IMG/VR virus record: IMGVR_UViG_3300031715_000001
Span: 1 to 64,000 of that record
Strand: one strand, 5' to 3'
DNA: 64,000 nt
Source of the DNA: a virus
Shown: positions 43,149 through 54,900 of the stretch, piece by piece
Position numbering within the stretch: the stretch's first letter is position 1
Layout of the letters: every line of letters begins with the position of its first letter
The notes under the pieces: model-generated
The model's input: the letters and a program-made list of their open reading frames with translations, nothing else
The model's database searches: none
What the model was told of the DNA's origin: nothing
Program-made: the position numbers and the translations under genes

Positions 43149-43786
43149 ACCAGTTATTTCTTGCGTTGCTGTTCGCTCCACTCGCGGCCGCGCAGTGTCC
43201 CGGTTGGGCCATGAGCATCGGAGGGATCTTGGCCGGAACACAGTACAGCTTTTCGCAAACCGGTCCCACCGGAACTGGTATACCTTTCTCCAACTTTTAC
43301 ATCACGCGGACCTACTGGCCGGCTTGTATCTCGCTCACGGGAGCCGGGAGCACGAGCTCGCCGACTTCGCTTAACGCCAGCGGGACTTACGGCTTTGCCG
43401 GAATCTATCCGCAGTGCAATCCCATTTTCAGCGCCGTAAACAGCGGGTATGCAACCGGAATTCAATACGCACAGTATGGAGCCGTCAACGAAGGTTGGCT
43501 GGGAGTCTGTGTCGCGACGGGCATAGTTTCGGCACAGGTCAATTGCCCGACTAGCTGTCAAGCCTCATTGCCGCCACCAACTAAGCCGACAACCTGTGGG
43601 AGCGTGGGGACGCCTCCAGCGTGGTCCTGCAACCTCTGGTGCTGCGACACGTTTTACGGGCTGTGGTACTGTACCGAAGACGGAGTATGCAGCAACAACT
43701 ATTCCAAAAACAGTCCGTTCCTGGTCCGGCCGCGACGGCAGAGTGATGTCCTGGCCATTCAACTCGGGCCACCGCCAGGGAAGTAA
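43145..43786 (+). CDS. Secreted Cys-rich protein
   Basis: Signal peptide MNQLFLALLFAPLAAA; many Cys. Confidence 0.65.
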   Translation: MNQLFLALLFAPLAAAQCPGWAMSIGGILAGTQYSFSQTGPTGTGIPFSNFYITRTYWPACISLTGAGSTSSPTSLNASGTYGFAGIYPQCNPIFSAVNSGYATGIQYAQYGAVNEGWLGVCVATGIVSAQVNCPTSCQASLPPPTKPTTCGSVGTPPAWSCNLWCCDTFYGLWYCTEDGVCSNNYSKNSPFLVRPRRQSDVLAIQLGPPPGK

Positions 43787-43815
43787 AAGCAACGCCCAGT
43801 CATAAAGAACCCGCT

Positions 43816-44505
43816 ATGCTAAGAAACTTTGCGCTTCTCAATCTTCTCGCGCTGTCACTCGGCGCAACTCCGACCTATCTCGACACCGGATCAGCCAGCA
43901 TCACCTGTGTCCCGAACGGCCCTGGAGATCCAACCACCGTCCAATCCAGTGGTCCGCAGGCAGCGGCGCAGTGCCAATTGCCCAATCTCAGCCCTGGTGG
44001 TGCCGGTGTAGACGCCAATGGCCTTAACCTTTTGGGTAGTATCGGAGGTTGGGCCAGCGCAGCTTCTTTTAGTGCTAGCGGACAGTCCGTAGATACCGTC
44101 ACTGAGGGCGACAGCAGCGGAGTCGCTCAGTTCAATATCTCATTCCAATGGGGCGTGCTTTTAGATTTTGGAATTCAAGCTGACGTGGCGGCTGATTTTT
44201 ACATCAATGGGGTACCGGTTTGGAATGACAACCATTTTGTGACTGGTGATGTCTCAGTAGGCAATTTTGATATCGCCGCTGTCGATGAACCGTTCAGTCT
44301 AGGACAGCAATTCACCTTGCAGGAAGATGTTAGCATCTCTGGATCGGGGGGCGGTCCAACTGGGATAGAAGAGTACGGAAACTACATCAGCGTTGTCGGG
44401 ATATTAGAAATCAGCGATCCAATTCTTATTCCAGAGCCACGCACGGCTTTTATGGTAATAGTCGGAATCTTACTGCTGGGTATTGCGGGCAGGGACTATC
44501 TATGA
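43816..44505 (+). CDS. PEP-CTERM sorting-domain surface protein
   Basis: Signal peptide; C-terminal IPEPRTAFMVIVGILLLGIAGR. Confidence 0.85.
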   Translation: MLRNFALLNLLALSLGATPTYLDTGSASITCVPNGPGDPTTVQSSGPQAAAQCQLPNLSPGGAGVDANGLNLLGSIGGWASAASFSASGQSVDTVTEGDSSGVAQFNISFQWGVLLDFGIQADVAADFYINGVPVWNDNHFVTGDVSVGNFDIAAVDEPFSLGQQFTLQEDVSISGSGGGPTGIEEYGNYISVVGILEISDPILIPEPRTAFMVIVGILLLGIAGRDYL

Positions 44506-44708
44506 ATTCAAGAACTTGGAATGACATACTGATAGCCAGAATCGGCTGGCTGTTATTAAGTATCAGCCTGATGATGCTACTGCAACCGCCCAAATCATTG
44601 AAGGTCTTACTATATTCAATGGCCTGCGCGTCTGTGGGATTCGTCTCTTGTAAAGTCGGTGAAGCGGTTGCGCGCAGATGGTCGAGTCGCAGGGAGTCAA
44701 GTATATAA
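44502..44708 (+). CDS. Small two-TM protein
   Basis: Two hydrophobic segments; coupled start. Confidence 0.5.
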   Translation: MNSRTWNDILIARIGWLLLSISLMMLLQPPKSLKVLLYSMACASVGFVSCKVGEAVARRWSSRRESSI

Positions 44709-44721
44709 TTACCTAACCTTT

Positions 44722-45561
44722 TCAAGTTCCCTGACAAGGTACTGCGCTCGAAGTAAATGTACCTGTTGAGTCTACACAAACATACCGTAGGCCGCTGCCG
44801 CTCTTCAGGGTTGGCATAACAATCTCCCCTGGTTGGCTGCCGCTCGCGCCAGTTTTTAGCGTACCTGGAATGCTCACATTTCCACCTGAATCCAGAACTA
44901 CGCAATTCGGACAGGAGATCACGCCGGTTGCAGGGTTGTAGACAAGCGGCGCGAGAACGCCATTAATGACCAATGGACCAATCGCTGGAACGGGCGCTGG
45001 CTGTGCGGTTCCGGATATCTCGACGCGGAGCCCGGTTGGATTGGGATTGGGCGTATAGTTCGTGACCACAAAATCAAGCGTGTTGATTCCGGCGATAAAT
45101 CCGGTCGAGATGGGGAAAGGCGTAAGGGAAAGAAAGGAATCGGAACTGGGGCCAACCGCTGTACCGTTGATCTTTATGATGATAGGGGGATCGTCGGAAG
45201 CAACCTTCACCGTAAGGGCCGCCGTGCTGATATTCAATCCGGTGAGGTCGAAAGTGGTTCGGTAGGTATATGCGCCCGCTAGGTTGCCAGATCCAGCATC
45301 CGCTCTAGGCCCAATCCATTTGGAATTTGGCCCGCTAGCCAGCCAAAGATTCGTTGCAATCGGCCAAGCGTTATTGACCACATATGCGTTCGGGCCTGGG
45401 TAGGCAGGGTCCGCGCTGGTGATCAACTTGTAATGCGCGTCCACGCTAGCGTCGGATGCCAGGACGCCAGGGGAGACCGTGCCGGTATTAAAAATTGGAA
45501 TCGCGACTGGGGTTTGGGCAAGAATGGAACAGGTTATGCCGAGGTATATTAGCATTCTCAT
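44722..45561 (-). CDS. Exported galactose-binding/lectin-like domain protein with fibre-like C-terminus
   Basis: Signal peptide; SKWIGP, YTYRTTFDLTG, GINTLDFVV, NPTGLRVE. Confidence 0.7.
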   Translation of the reverse strand: MRMLIYLGITCSILAQTPVAIPIFNTGTVSPGVLASDASVDAHYKLITSADPAYPGPNAYVVNNAWPIATNLWLASGPNSKWIGPRADAGSGNLAGAYTYRTTFDLTGLNISTAALTVKVASDDPPIIIKINGTAVGPSSDSFLSLTPFPISTGFIAGINTLDFVVTNYTPNPNPTGLRVEISGTAQPAPVPAIGPLVINGVLAPLVYNPATGVISCPNCVVLDSGGNVSIPGTLKTGASGSQPGEIVMPTLKSGSGLRYVCVDSTGTFTSSAVPCQGT

Positions 45562-48272
45562 CTGACAGTTACCCCAGAAATCGTCGCGCCAGAGAATGTA
45601 GTGTTGCCAGTCGGCGTAGGCAAAGAGAAGCCTGTCGCGCCGCAATAAACAGCCAGGTTGTCTGGTGCTCCGGAATCACTGTGGCCGCACTGCAATGTTC
45701 CGTCTGGCGAGATGGAAGTTTGGCTGACGTAGTAATCCGTGCCTGTATAGTCACCAATGACACTCACGCCGCGAGTTTTGAGTAATTCAACTACGTTTAT
45801 CGGGGTGGCCGAAGTGCCAGTAGCCATCGGCGAAAAGTCCAGAATCATCATGTCCGACTGATTCTGGTAAGGACCGTTTACGCCACTAGTTGCCATCGTA
45901 ACGTCGGGGGTGAATATTCCGGTCCCGGCAGTCCAGGTACCCCCCAACGTCCCTCCACAATTGAAGGTCGAGCCCCACTGAGCCGTAGCGCCTGAAACCG
46001 TCCCGGCGTTGTCGGTCAGCGTTAGGCTCGTGCCGCTATTTACCGTCGCCACTTTACAGAACTTTCCTGAACCCAGAGAACAGGTGGTGACGCCAGCGAT
46101 CTGAATGTAGTGGCCGGCCAGCGCACTATCAAAGGCAGGACCGCTCGTTGCGGTTAGCGCCGTACCGCCCGTTACGTTCACGCTGCCGGTCAGATTGGTA
46201 AGTCCAGCGATGGTGCATTTATTATTAACGTCCAACAGTCCAGTCACGCCAGAGAGAGTGATCGGGCTTCCGACGATCTTATTGCCGTTTGATACTGGCA
46301 GGTTTCCATTTATATAGTTAGCATCAACGGTGAGTGAGCCTGGGGTGCCGGTTGTCAGACTTCGAATGGCGTAGCCGTATACTGCGGGGGCGCTGTTACC
46401 ATTGTCAACAGTTATGATTGACAATGGAGCCGTCAAAGCTCCACCGACATGAAAGTCCTGAAGTTGGTGGTCTATCGGGAAGAGGAAGTATGCGCCACCG
46501 CCTGCCTGCACGGGCGTGAACATACTGACTGCGCCGCCCGCATCTGGATCAGAAGCGGTAACGACGCTGTATGCAGCCAAGTCTACGCCTTGAACAAAAA
46601 GCTCATGCTTGACGCCGCCTATGGAAACCTCAACCCAGCCCGCGTGCCCAGCGGAATTACAATTGGCATTCGCACAATCGGTCGCTGCATTGGAAATTTG
46701 TTTGAATAGAAATCCTTTATCGCTTGATGATGGCCTTACCGGCATCGGACCTTCATCTACAATGGTGTGCCCCGGCCCTAGCCAACTCAAGAGTTCGTCA
46801 GCGGCGCTTGTAGCGCTCGTTGCTTCCAGAATGCACCACATCTTACCACTAACACCGGAGAATCCCTGACTGCACTGAAGAATTCCTCTGATATTCGTTT
46901 GGCTGCTACTACTAGGATTAGGATTCCCTGGGCTGATCGTTGTGAGCGAGCCATAATTGTACGTAACATAAGTCCCATTCGTTACGTCTGCGATTAGGGC
47001 TATTGGGCTATTACCTGTAACATGTACGTTGTTGGTGAGTGGGAAATACTTCCCACCAACCACCATTGTGTCGTTTGAAGAGGCGAGACTATATAAGGCC
47101 GTAAAGGAGGGTCCGGTCGTTCCCACCAACAAACCTATATCCGCGTCGGAGCCGCCCGGAATCAGGACCCGATGAATTGTGGCGGAATGCGTAGTATAGA
47201 GATAGGCATCCAAGCCTGGATTGAACGCTGTATAACTTGGGTCCCAGAGCATGTCTCCATCAGTTAGGGTTGTGACAGTCAACACATCACCAGTACCATT
47301 CGTCTTGGTGATGTAAGTCGTACCACCTGGAAGGGTCTCTGTTATTACGTAATTGCCTGTCGTGCTGACGGAAGACTGAGGACCATCCGTTAGGATCACT
47401 CGAATGGCATTCGATGGGGTAACGCGATAACGAACACTCCCTGCTCCTGGGCCAAAGTTCGGGTCGGTGTCGGTGGTGGACGTACCGGGAGTCGTCGGCA
47501 GGAAACGAGTTCCACCAGGCACGGCGTTTGTAATAGTGCAAAGTTCCTCGTGTTGATAAATAGCACTCCCAACAGCACAGTTTACAGCAGCCCCGTTAGG
47601 AGTCTTCCAATTTTGAACGGACGGTGCAAAGGTCTGATAGTTGATTGTTTCCGTACAGCCCGAAGGGCACGAGCCGCTTTGAGTGATGGTGATAGTGGAC
47701 TGCGGGCAGTTTGTTCCTACTGTTGAGCATGCCGGGAAACCTGTCAGATTCGATCCGGTCCAGTAAACGTAGACCTGATTTGGGGCAGTTGTCGTTGACA
47801 CCGTGGCTGTCCCAGAGCATGAAGCCGCTGTTCCAGGGCTTGCTATAGCCGTGGTTGGACTGGAAGTATAGCCGCCGCCTCCATTGGTGATGACAAGTGC
47901 TGTCCCTCCGGCGATTGTATTTGTGCCGGTCAACGCCACTGTGGCCGCGCCGAGTTCCCCACCTCCGTTGAACAGATTCAGGACACAGGTCTGGCTGACT
48001 GAACCGACTGCCGTGATGCCGCTTGTATAAGTCCCAGCCGTTAGTGTCGAAGTGACCTGGGTGTGCATGATAGCGCACAGAGAACCACCGGTCGTGATAG
48101 TATTCGCGCATCCCGATACCGTGATCGTGCCCGAACCGCCAGTGAGGGTGATTGCGCGCGGGTAGTCCTGCGCATAGGCCGAGACGCCTTGGAAGGTCAG
48201 CGTAGTAGGGCTGATCTGTCCCAACAATGCGGAAGAAATGGCCAGCGCCAATGCTAAAAAGCCGAATTTCAT
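45558..48272 (-). CDS. Large Thr/Gly/Ser-rich exported protein (propeller/adhesin-like)
   Basis: Signal peptide; ISPDG propeller-type motif. Confidence 0.65.
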   Translation of the reverse strand: MKFGFLALALAISSALLGQISPTTLTFQGVSAYAQDYPRAITLTGGSGTITVSGCANTITTGGSLCAIMHTQVTSTLTAGTYTSGITAVGSVSQTCVLNLFNGGGELGAATVALTGTNTIAGGTALVITNGGGGYTSSPTTAIASPGTAASCSGTATVSTTTAPNQVYVYWTGSNLTGFPACSTVGTNCPQSTITITQSGSCPSGCTETINYQTFAPSVQNWKTPNGAAVNCAVGSAIYQHEELCTITNAVPGGTRFLPTTPGTSTTDTDPNFGPGAGSVRYRVTPSNAIRVILTDGPQSSVSTTGNYVITETLPGGTTYITKTNGTGDVLTVTTLTDGDMLWDPSYTAFNPGLDAYLYTTHSATIHRVLIPGGSDADIGLLVGTTGPSFTALYSLASSNDTMVVGGKYFPLTNNVHVTGNSPIALIADVTNGTYVTYNYGSLTTISPGNPNPSSSSQTNIRGILQCSQGFSGVSGKMWCILEATSATSAADELLSWLGPGHTIVDEGPMPVRPSSSDKGFLFKQISNAATDCANANCNSAGHAGWVEVSIGGVKHELFVQGVDLAAYSVVTASDPDAGGAVSMFTPVQAGGGAYFLFPIDHQLQDFHVGGALTAPLSIITVDNGNSAPAVYGYAIRSLTTGTPGSLTVDANYINGNLPVSNGNKIVGSPITLSGVTGLLDVNNKCTIAGLTNLTGSVNVTGGTALTATSGPAFDSALAGHYIQIAGVTTCSLGSGKFCKVATVNSGTSLTLTDNAGTVSGATAQWGSTFNCGGTLGGTWTAGTGIFTPDVTMATSGVNGPYQNQSDMMILDFSPMATGTSATPINVVELLKTRGVSVIGDYTGTDYYVSQTSISPDGTLQCGHSDSGAPDNLAVYCGATGFSLPTPTGNTTFSGATISGVTVR

Positions 48273-49816
48273 CGCAGCGTTACTCCAGGAGTTATATTCA
48301 TGCCACTTCCTAGAATGGAAGGCAAGATCGTAGTTCCACCGCTGAACTCATAAGCCCCCGCATCCCACACACCGGTTGCCGGTCGAGAAGTGGTGGAACG
48401 AGACACGGCCTTATGATTAACCGAATCGTAGCTGGTGTAAGTTGAATCGCTCGTGCATAAACTGGCAAAGACGCCCGAGCACGAACTAGTGAAGTCTGTC
48501 CCGACCCCAACTGTTGAGTTGGTCGAAGCTACCGGTGAGTAGGCATAGGTTTCTGAAGCCGTATACTGATCGAAGCGAGGGGAACTGTCAGAGTCAGCCT
48601 GTGCCGCCGTCTGTTGCACGTTGCCACCATCGTTGATGCAACTTCCGTTCACGAAATTGCATATTGTTGGCGAGATGCAGTGAAAATTGCCGTAATGCGC
48701 CGTGCCCGTTCCCGCAGACCCGTTTTGCATACACGCTCCCGTGGCTGTTACGACGGTATTGTTGTAATAATAGAATGTGCCGTTCGTTGAAGGACCACCG
48801 ATGCTAAAGCCTTTATCGGAGTTCACCTCGTTATCGTAAAGAACATTATTGAAGGCATAGGCAACGTAGGATGGGTTGGCTGAATTGGCCAACATGAAAA
48901 TGGTGGTCCCGCCGCTACACACCGAGTGACGGACGACGTTGTTGGAAACTTGGATTACCGTACCGCTAAAGACCCCCTGCGGATAAATCATGTTGCAGTG
49001 ATCGCCCGTGGTCGAGAGGTTGTTATATTCAACTAGATTTCCGTCGATCACGTTGAAGATGCCGTTCATCCCGTCATACACGTAACGCACGATGTTGCCA
49101 TGTACGATGTTGCCGTGCAAGATTCCACCGAAACAGTAGTTGCCTCCTATGTCTGATGAGTCCGATCCGTCGATGACGTTGTACTGAAAAAGATTGCCGG
49201 TTCCTTCGCCGCCGAAGTTGCTCCAGTTCATGGTCATGGCGAATGGATCGTTTGTGCCGGAACCGCAAGAGCCACCCGTACGTGACCAGCCATGAATGTA
49301 AAGATTTTCTACCGTAATACCGTTGCCGTAAGTAGCGACGATGTTTGAACTAGACCCATCGTACTTATAGCCGGTGACCTCGATGTTGTCGAGAGTCAGG
49401 TAATTCCCCGCAAGCCAGACCACGTTACCGAGAGTGCTAGAGTTATTCCCGCAATTAGTCGCTTGGCAACTCCAAATAGGCCGCGTCCAGGATGCTCCCG
49501 TGAACCACGTTTGATCCACGCCGATGTAGATCGTGGACCCGCTGGAACCGGAGTAGGTAAGGTTCACGCCGCCTAAGTCCGTCGAACCCCACGTATCCCC
49601 TCCGTAGAGGATAAAGCGATCCCCAGGATTAGGGGAATATCCAGCAGCGTTAGATGTAGCGCCAGCCATTCCTGGAATATGCGCCCACGGAGTTGCTTTC
49701 GATTGGGCAGTTGTAGAAGAACGAGTATCGAGACCGTTTGTTTTTGAGATATAAAATGTCGCCCCAGACAATGGAAGGCATAGCAGTGCTAAGAGAGCAA
49801 ATCTCCTGTAGGTCAT
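48269..49816 (-). CDS. Right-handed beta-helix (pectin lyase-like) protein
   Basis: TPWAHIPG, Asn ladders (YNNTV, FNNVLYD), WDAGAYE; signal peptide. Confidence 0.75.
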   Translation of the reverse strand: MTYRRFALLALLCLPLSGATFYISKTNGLDTRSSTTAQSKATPWAHIPGMAGATSNAAGYSPNPGDRFILYGGDTWGSTDLGGVNLTYSGSSGSTIYIGVDQTWFTGASWTRPIWSCQATNCGNNSSTLGNVVWLAGNYLTLDNIEVTGYKYDGSSSNIVATYGNGITVENLYIHGWSRTGGSCGSGTNDPFAMTMNWSNFGGEGTGNLFQYNVIDGSDSSDIGGNYCFGGILHGNIVHGNIVRYVYDGMNGIFNVIDGNLVEYNNLSTTGDHCNMIYPQGVFSGTVIQVSNNVVRHSVCSGGTTIFMLANSANPSYVAYAFNNVLYDNEVNSDKGFSIGGPSTNGTFYYYNNTVVTATGACMQNGSAGTGTAHYGNFHCISPTICNFVNGSCINDGGNVQQTAAQADSDSSPRFDQYTASETYAYSPVASTNSTVGVGTDFTSSCSGVFASLCTSDSTYTSYDSVNHKAVSRSTTSRPATGVWDAGAYEFSGGTTILPSILGSGMNITPGVTLR

Positions 49817-51940
49817 TTAATTAAAACACGCATTCGCTGCATAGAATGTATCCCCACTTGTTCCATCAGTGACGACAGGCGTTTTAGAACCAGCCGTAGT
49901 CGTAATCAACGCAACAGACCCGTCCTGCGTGTTGCCATAAATTGTGTGGGCATAACTGAACGAATTGCCGGATGCGGGGGCCGTCGTTAAAGATCCGTTG
50001 ACGCCAAACCCAGCCAAACAGAAATCATTCGTTCCTGTCGTAGTTACCGATGGTCCTGTGCAAGTAGTCCCGCTACAAGTCCCCGCATTTGTCGCTCCGC
50101 CCGAGCCGTCCTGGGACCAACTACTCCCAGAACCCTTGGCAACTTGATAGATCGTAAGCTCCGCGTTTGTTACAGCGCCGCTAAATACGATGTGAATTTG
50201 TGATGCTGCGGTACTGGGAGCACTCACAAACCAAATAGAAGGCGTCATGTGGCCCGTGGCAGCGGTCGCCCCGGCAGCTTTTGACATGGTGCCACCCGTA
50301 ATGCAAGAACCCCCGGAAGACAAACAGACAGAGGATGTCGAAATCGCCGCGCTTCCGCTTTGCTGCGCTATCTCAACCGCCATGAGATTGTTCTGAATAG
50401 AGGCTTTAGTCAGCGCGAAATTTAGGGATGATCCACTAGTAGCTTGATCCGACTCGCCATCTATGATACCGATGCCACCAGACCCCCAAAATCCAACAAC
50501 GTCTCCTGTCCACCCTGTACTCCCCGATGCCGACAGTGTGAATGTGAATGGTGGCCCAATGGTTCCTGCCGATGGGATGCAATGCCCAAATGGATTATTC
50601 TGCCAAAGCGGTTGTGGTCCATCTATAGGCTCACCGCCGAAAGATCCAGCATCGAATTGACAGTTCGATCCCGTCCCGGAGGGAGCCGTCAACGCAATAG
50701 CGGTGTTCGTTCCCTCCGACCCAACGGCCTCTGAAATTCCCACGGATGGCAGAGGACTCCAGGTAGGCCCAGATGAAACCGCATCAAAGGCTAACGATGT
50801 AGCACCGCTGCTCCCGCTTGAGAAAGAAGCGCGACCTGCCGTAACGCTAGTGGGCGCATTGACGTACTCTCTCAACACAAACGTACAATCTTGGGACGTA
50901 GCAACGGTGAAGGTCAGGTCTCCTGGGGATGTCGCCGCCGCGTTGGCAAGATAATACTCATTGAGTCCGCCGACCGAGCCGTTAAATGTGGTAGTCCAGG
51001 TACGGCCCGCATCCGTAATCGCGGTCGGCCCAGCGCTGATACAAGAATTGGTGTCGGTAAGTAAGCTCCCGCTGGCGTTGGGAAATTGCACCTTAAAGGA
51101 TGTGGCCGATGAGCTATTCGGTTCTGAATAACCCAACATGCGGCTGACATATACTCCACTTGGGGCTGTACCGGCAGACGCAGATTTGAATGCAATGAGA
51201 AATTCCGTATAACTGGAAGATGTTCCCAGCGTTATGGTGGGGTTCTGTACCCCTGCCGAAGTAGCGACAGTCCAACCTACAGCACAATCGTCCTGTAGGT
51301 TACTAGGCCCTTGCGTCCATCCACCCGGAAAGGTGATAGATGCTTGGACTTGGCTACTGGCCGGACAAACCTGAGCCAGAACAAGATCGTTTGCCGCCGT
51401 GGTGGTTATGCTGGCGCAATTGGCGGACGTTGTTGCAGCGTGACTACAACTTGTGTCCACATCCACCGGGCTAGAGGTTGCAATGTTATAAAACTCCCAG
51501 ACTTGGGCGCTGGCGTTGCTGACGGCTGTTGTTCCGAACGTAACGTTTGTCTTGATAGCCCCAGCGGTCACATTTGGCGCATAGGCAATACCATTCCACA
51601 GGTTAGTCCCGCTTGGGTCTTGTGATCCTGAGAGCACGGTAAAAGAATTGCTCTTATCGTCTGCTGCCGTCGCCGTTACCGAAGTACTGGCATGGGCATA
51701 CTGAAACGGAACTACCCTGAGGTTCCCGCTGAGCGCCGGGTATGACGCCTGGAGACAATAGGAAAAGGTAGGACAGGCGGTCTGGCCTGTAGGGTTACTA
51801 CCCACGCTTGTGCCGGTCGTGCTATTGCTTGCGCTTGCGCTGACGAAGCCGGGAGTGGCCGGTACAACAGAATTGAAAACTGTCGGAACAAATTGACCAA
51901 AACAAGCGCCTGCTGCTAACAATACAGATAACACTCGCAT
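49817..51940 (-). CDS. Ser/Thr-rich exported multi-domain protein
   Basis: Signal peptide; repeated SITTTAANDL/SVTTTGTNDF domains. Confidence 0.65.
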   Translation of the reverse strand: MRVLSVLLAAGACFGQFVPTVFNSVVPATPGFVSASASNSTTGTSVGSNPTGQTACPTFSYCLQASYPALSGNLRVVPFQYAHASTSVTATAADDKSNSFTVLSGSQDPSGTNLWNGIAYAPNVTAGAIKTNVTFGTTAVSNASAQVWEFYNIATSSPVDVDTSCSHAATTSANCASITTTAANDLVLAQVCPASSQVQASITFPGGWTQGPSNLQDDCAVGWTVATSAGVQNPTITLGTSSSYTEFLIAFKSASAGTAPSGVYVSRMLGYSEPNSSSATSFKVQFPNASGSLLTDTNSCISAGPTAITDAGRTWTTTFNGSVGGLNEYYLANAAATSPGDLTFTVATSQDCTFVLREYVNAPTSVTAGRASFSSGSSGATSLAFDAVSSGPTWSPLPSVGISEAVGSEGTNTAIALTAPSGTGSNCQFDAGSFGGEPIDGPQPLWQNNPFGHCIPSAGTIGPPFTFTLSASGSTGWTGDVVGFWGSGGIGIIDGESDQATSGSSLNFALTKASIQNNLMAVEIAQQSGSAAISTSSVCLSSGGSCITGGTMSKAAGATAATGHMTPSIWFVSAPSTAASQIHIVFSGAVTNAELTIYQVAKGSGSSWSQDGSGGATNAGTCSGTTCTGPSVTTTGTNDFCLAGFGVNGSLTTAPASGNSFSYAHTIYGNTQDGSVALITTTAGSKTPVVTDGTSGDTFYAANACFN

Positions 51941-51942
51941 GA

Positions 51943-54900
51943 CTAGTTCGCCTGCACCACTAACAGCCTCGGAAAGGTTACATCGGCTGAGTAAAAGTTG
52001 ATATTACCTGTCGCTGTATCGGTAGCCCGCCCGACCTGTACAATCATCAATCCCCCTGCAATACAACCGCTCATTTGTGTAGCACCGAATTGAACATTCG
52101 AGCCGTTATAGAAGCCGTTCGCTACCGCGCTAGCTCCGAATGTGACGGTACTTGATGACTGCGCCGCTGAAAAGGTAGCGTCATCCGACACCGTGCCATT
52201 TCCGGCAGTAGGGCACGATACCTTCACCTGTGGGATTACGGTATGCCCGTTAGTTGTATCGGAAGCAGCCGAGAAATAAAAGCGGACGTATGGATTGGTC
52301 GCCGTATCCCAATCTTCAGGAATAGTTAGTGAGAACTGAGCAAACGTGCTGGAGGTGTCGGTAATAGTAACGAATCCGCCCTGGTTGTTTGTTCCTGCCC
52401 GGCAGCCAACGGTGCCTCCCGATCCAATTGACCAACCCGCTCCAGCCGTAGTGTTATTGCAATTAGCTGCCGGGATCTGAAGGCGTTCGGGGAAGTCTAT
52501 ATAGGTTGGTTTGGTGCTAGCACCCTGAGAAACAAATACTTGCCCGCTAGTCCCCGCAACAGAGGACTGAAAAGCACCGGTTGATGTAGTACCGCCTAAG
52601 ATAGGAGCGAAAGCCGTAACAGACGTGTCGCCAGTGCCGCCCCCTGAGACAGTAATCGTTGGTAGATCTCCGGTTGCAATAGCCCTGAATGCTGGAGCGC
52701 CTGCAGTGGCGAACAATGCATGAGTCGTTGTCGTGTCAGCCGAGATGGTAGCCTCAGCTTGCGAGCCTTGACCGATCACGACAGCGTTGTTGGTCAATGC
52801 TGCCGCACTGGTTACCTGGGTGGCCGGGTTTAAAGAAAACTGAGCGTACGTGATGGCACTTCCAGAAGATCCGATGGCCGTCACCTGGGACGTGAGAAGC
52901 CAAGAAGTGGTCCCGTTGACGGTGCCGGATTGAACAGGAATGCTTCCGGTATTGTTGACGTCGGACGGCGTATCGTAGTCTAAAGCTCGCGTGAACACGG
53001 TGCTTATGCCCGTAGTCCCCACCACGGTCACTGTGTATACGCCATTGTAAGCTGCCGTGGATAGATTCTTTAGTAGGTAACGCTGCCCGGTTCCACTAAC
53101 AGTCACGCCGTCAATGGTCGTCGTCCCGGTTGCTGTCAGGGTATACGTGTCACCGATACCACCCCCGACCTGCACGTACGTACCTGGGATATTAGCGGTA
53201 GTAGCTGCAAGTACGGCAACCGCTGGATTGACGGCTGCGATGGCATTCGATACGGCGGTGGTAACGAAAGCGTCAGTGGCGAGGTCGGTCGAATTATCAC
53301 CGGCTGTCTGGGTGGGAGCGGTGGGGGTACCGGTCAGCGCAGGACTAGCGGAAAGAACAGCCGTGGTGCCCGTTCCGGTGGTGGTGGTGGCAATGAGTTG
53401 CTTACTGCTGTTGGTTCCTAGCAAGGTGGCTGATGTTGGAATTGCAGCGCCTTCGACCTGCACCACCGTAGCAGCCACAGATCCAGAACCGGACGCCGTC
53501 ACATCGCCAGTTAATGCGCTGATACCTCCGCCCGAGGCAGCAGCCCCCGCAGGATTCATGTCAATCAGCGGAAGAGTGGTGGAGAGAGTAGCCGAAATAC
53601 CGTCTCCGAACATACCGGCAGGCAGCGTTCCGGCAACCGCCATGACGATACCAACAGTGGAACCTTGCCCGGACGTACATGAACTCGTTCCACCAGAATC
53701 CGTCACTTGGCCAGCCGTTGAGCCCGCGCAAACGGTATGGTTTAACGTCACCGCTGAGGAGGCGTTGATCGGGATCAAGCTCCCAATCTTAGCCACATGC
53801 ACAGTATTCGTAAGGACTTTTTCAGCAGCGCCTAGCCAATTCGTAGGACTAGCAGGGCAATCAGCGACAGTGTTAGCTGTGGCCGCAACAGGGCATTCCA
53901 AATTGAACTGTGTCGCTGTTGTACCTTTATCGTATGGCTGTAAGAGTATCAACGGCCCCTGCAAACCTTGTGTTGTTCCGGTGGACTCTCCGCCTTGCAA
54001 CTGCAAGCTCCCCGCTACCGAAGCCGCATTCGCCACAGCGTTGTTTCCGCCGCGCACAAGCGTGTAACCACCGACCGAAGAAGAACCGCCACCAGCCTGG
54101 CTATCCGCACCACGAAAGACACCACCTGGGAGCGTGCCATTCAGGGCTGTATCTAATCCACCATCATAAACCCCTGGATTTCCGCTATTGTTGTACATGG
54201 TGTTTCCGGGAGCCGAAAAATTGCTCGTGGTTAACTGACCCCCGAAACCACCACCCATCGAAATAACGCCGTTCCCTAGATTCACCGTTGAATAGGCCGA
54301 ATAAGCATTGGCCCCATTGCCCCAAATCATGGGCTGCGCGTTGGTTGAGTTGATGCCGAAGTTGTCGGTGGCTGTTGCGGTGAAGCCCGCAGCGGCGGGG
54401 ATTTTTAAGTTACCGGCGCTTCCATCGAAGATACCTCCTGATCCGAGGGTGATCGTAGTTCCAGAGTAGGTAAGTTGGCTAATTCCGCCGAACGCGCCCG
54501 CGTTATTATATTGAATCTGTGTGCTACTGCCTCCGGGACTTCCGCCTCCGCCGCCCGAGGGAGTAACTGCGTTATAGCAAGGATTGGGGCTACCTCCGGT
54601 CGTGTATTCGATCGCCTGGCCATTGGTTGGGGTAAACCCCGAGCACAGAGGAACTCCGTTAATTCCGGCCACGGTGGTTGCTGGGAAGGTACCAGAAACA
54701 TCTCCGGTGAACACGCCCGCATTTACCAGGTCAGCGGCTGGAACCAACCCATAGGTTATTTGCGACACGTTGCTACTGGGAGCGCCGACAAGCATGACTC
54801 CTGCGGCTGAAGGGCCGGTAGGTGACGCCTGTAAACCGTAACCTGTGAACGTTGCTACATCAGGACCTATAAAACTGAATATATTCGCTAGTATCGGCCA

